The position numbers and the translations under genes were made by a program. Source: Mobula hypostoma (Eukaryota). Taken from it: a DNA stretch of 64,000 nt. The stretch spans positions 68,202,001-68,266,000 of the forward strand of contig NC_086108.1 of NCBI RefSeq assembly GCF_963921235.1. Direction: 5' to 3'. Within the stretch, counting starts at the first letter, position 1; every line of letters starts with the position of its first letter. A model generated the notes under the pieces. The model was not told the DNA's origin, searched no databases, and saw only the letters and a program-made list of their open reading frames with translations. Of this stretch, positions 61,701-64,000 are shown one piece after another.

Positions 61701-62779
61701 CCAGTACATAACAATTGGTCCAAACACTGGTCTTTCTGCCCAAATCTTTGCATCTTTGAATTAATAACAGGGAAATAAACTAAGGCATCTAGAAATTGGA
61801 TTATTAAAATAAAACTTAGAAGTAGTAATTGATTTTAGCATCCTTAATGTTCTTTCAGAGCTTTCCCGGCACTTTACAGTCTATTAAGCTGTGAAAATAC
61901 TTGCAGAATATAATACATGTTGAAAGTTATTTTGAAATAATTGATTCTTTATATTGCTTTCAGAAATTTAGTACCTCCATAACTTTTGGGTAGGGGGAAG
62001 GCATAAATCTCAATTACTTATTTGAGAAAGTCAGAATTTCTGATGGAAGTGATACACACTGGGTTTCACCTTTGGGATAAGATCTGTCAGTCTCAGAACA
62101 TGCTAATGAAACATTTGCCTTCCTAACAGAAATCATCTGTGATTTCCAGAATTAGGATCACATGACATCAATTCTAAACTCAACCCCTTTCTCCTTGCCA
62201 GTTGTCCTTGAAAATATGATTCATTCAAATCTCCATTCATTTAAATGAAAACCACTTTCCTCAACTGAGAATACTTGTGCAAGATTTTGAAATTTAGGAT
62301 TCATAGTAAATTTAAGATCAAGGGTGTTGGCAGTGGTTGGGTAGTGAAATCATCACTACATTTTTGAGACCTCTATAAAATATTGCATAACATTTTAAAA
62401 TACTGTTTCTCGTAAGATAATTAAGGAGTTTGGATGAGGGTTGCATTATAGTCTTCCCAAGTAGAATTTCAAGACACATAGTATAAATGCTTGAGAAAGT
62501 AAAGGAATAGCAGAAAAATGGAAGCAATTCTAGACTTATCAGACAGCACGAGAAGCTATCCTGGTACTACCCACTCAGTATCAACTTATTCACCATAAGG
62601 AACTTTTTAAAGACTGGATGAAATTGAAAATTTCAAGACTAAGAATGATAGATTTTTGCTGGTGATATTAAAAAGATATAGTTCAAAGGCATGTAAATGG
62701 AGGATATAAATGCCAAGAAAATTAGTTTTTTTGCAGCAGCATACAAGTTATCATTTTATGGTCATAAATGCATTAAGAA

Positions 62780-63520
62780 GAGTGGGGAAGTAAACAAAGC
62801 TTAAGTTGGAAGGGATGATAAGCAAGTAAAGGGTTTGCAATTTCTTGCTAATACTTAAATAATGTAGATTTTAAAATGAGAGTATTGATCTTATAGAAAA
62901 TAATTTGGGGAATTAAAGATGTAAAGTAATGAGATGGGACACAAATTAAACAGATATTGGCCTTCGCTGTAGAGGACAGAAGTAACATCCTAGGTAAAAC
63001 TACAAACTGGGAATTATAAGCAGGAAAAATACCGAAGAAATGGCGCTGAGTCAACTGTTGGAACTGCGTGCTGACAAGACTCCTGATACTGATGGACTTC
63101 ACCTTGGAACCTTAAAAGAAGAGGTTGGTGAGATAGGTGATTTATTGGATTTAATTTTCCAAAATCCACTAGATCTGAGGAAGACTGAAAATGACAAAAC
63201 CAACTCCTTTGTTTCAAAAGGGTGATAGAAATCAGTTAGCATAGCATAAGTAATAGGTTAAAATGTTAAAAGCTATCACTAAAGACATTACAATAGGGCA
63301 ATCAGAAAAATTCAGGGTCTTCAGTCAAAGTCAACATTCTTTAATGGAAAGATAATCGTGTTTGATCAACATATTAGAGTTCTGTGAATAAAAACGGACC
63401 TGATGGATGACCTTTAGATTTCCAGAATATGTTTGATAAGGTGTTGTTGCAAAGTTAATTGCAGAAAATAAAAGTTCATGAGTCAGTGGGGCTTTTTTTG
63501 GTTGACCCACTGATTAACAA
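62780..63520 (+). mobile_element. Very old CR1 RT remnant
   Basis: LRADKTPDTDGLHLGTLKE..LIFQNPLD; DFQNMFDKV. Confidence 0.65.
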
Positions 63521-63564
63521 GATGTAAGGAATGATGTAGGAATCTCTACTATCTATAATTATAA

Positions 63565-64000
63565 AGACAAAATATTCTACAGATGCTGGAAATCCAGAGC
63601 AACACATACAAAATGTTGGAGGAATTCAACAGGTTAGGCAGCATCTGTAGAAATGAATATTTTGGGCTGAGACACTTCATCAGGACTGGAAAGGAAGGGG
63701 GCAAGATACCAAACTTACAAGGTGGTGGGAGGGGAAGTAGAATATGATAGGTGAAGCCAGGTGGGCTGGGAGGAGGAATGAAGTTAGAAGTTGGGAGGTG
63801 AGAGAAGGAATCTGATAGAAGAGGAGAGTGGCCCATGGGAGAAATAAAAAGAAGAGGAGGACCATGGGGGGAGATGATAATCAGGAGAGGAGAAGTAGTA
63901 ATTGGGGGGGGGTCACAGTAGCAAATTGAAGAAGAGGGAAGAGGAGGGGGGGAATTAAGAAATCGATAATCATGTCATCAGGTAGCTAGATGGAATAAAC
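63565..64000 (-). mobile_element. Penelope-like 3' UTR/pLTR with hammerhead-like motif (63655-63688); runs off the window end
   Basis: Reverse complement of the 9390-9690 and 4160-4480 type sequence; cagtc-CTGATGA-agtgtctcagccc-AAAA. Confidence 0.8.

Noticed and set aside
1..64000. Most of the 60-160 aa ORFs in the track
   Set aside because: Antisense or alternative frames of transposable elements, or random ORFs without recognisable motifs
1..64000. CRISPR array, rRNA or prokaryotic operon
   Set aside because: No regular repeat-spacer array, no rRNA signature, and the content is eukaryotic

Overview
Eukaryotic, AT-rich and mostly CpG-poor DNA that is almost entirely a patchwork of transposable elements. 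The repeat mix (esterase-type CR1 LINEs, V-SINE, Rex1/Babar-like and Penelope-like elements) suggests a vertebrate, most likely a cartilaginous fish; this is inference. I found no recognisable host protein-coding gene, rRNA, functional tRNA or CRISPR array, so the window is probably intronic or intergenic. Best-supported elements: a complete but decayed Gypsy LTR retrotransposon (17364-21759, minus, GGACT target duplication); two near full-length CR1 LINEs (about 41530-47329 and 48929-53088); internally deleted Tc1 (12172-13087) and Tigger/pogo (43856-45406) transposons; an older, heavily nested LTR element (about 33975-40814); and many CR1, Rex1-like, L1, L2, RTE-derived, Penelope-like and SINE fragments. 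Most interesting: (1) the Gypsy element has no tRNA primer-binding site but a PBS complementary to its own LTR, suggesting Tf1-like self-priming; (2) seven Penelope-associated hammerhead ribozyme motifs of two designs; (3) a full-length CR1 sitting inside a tiny Tc1/mariner-type MITE, so it is bracketed by TIRs and TA; (4) a roughly 250 bp hairpin inside the Tigger element. Boundaries of degraded repeats were read by eye and are approximate.
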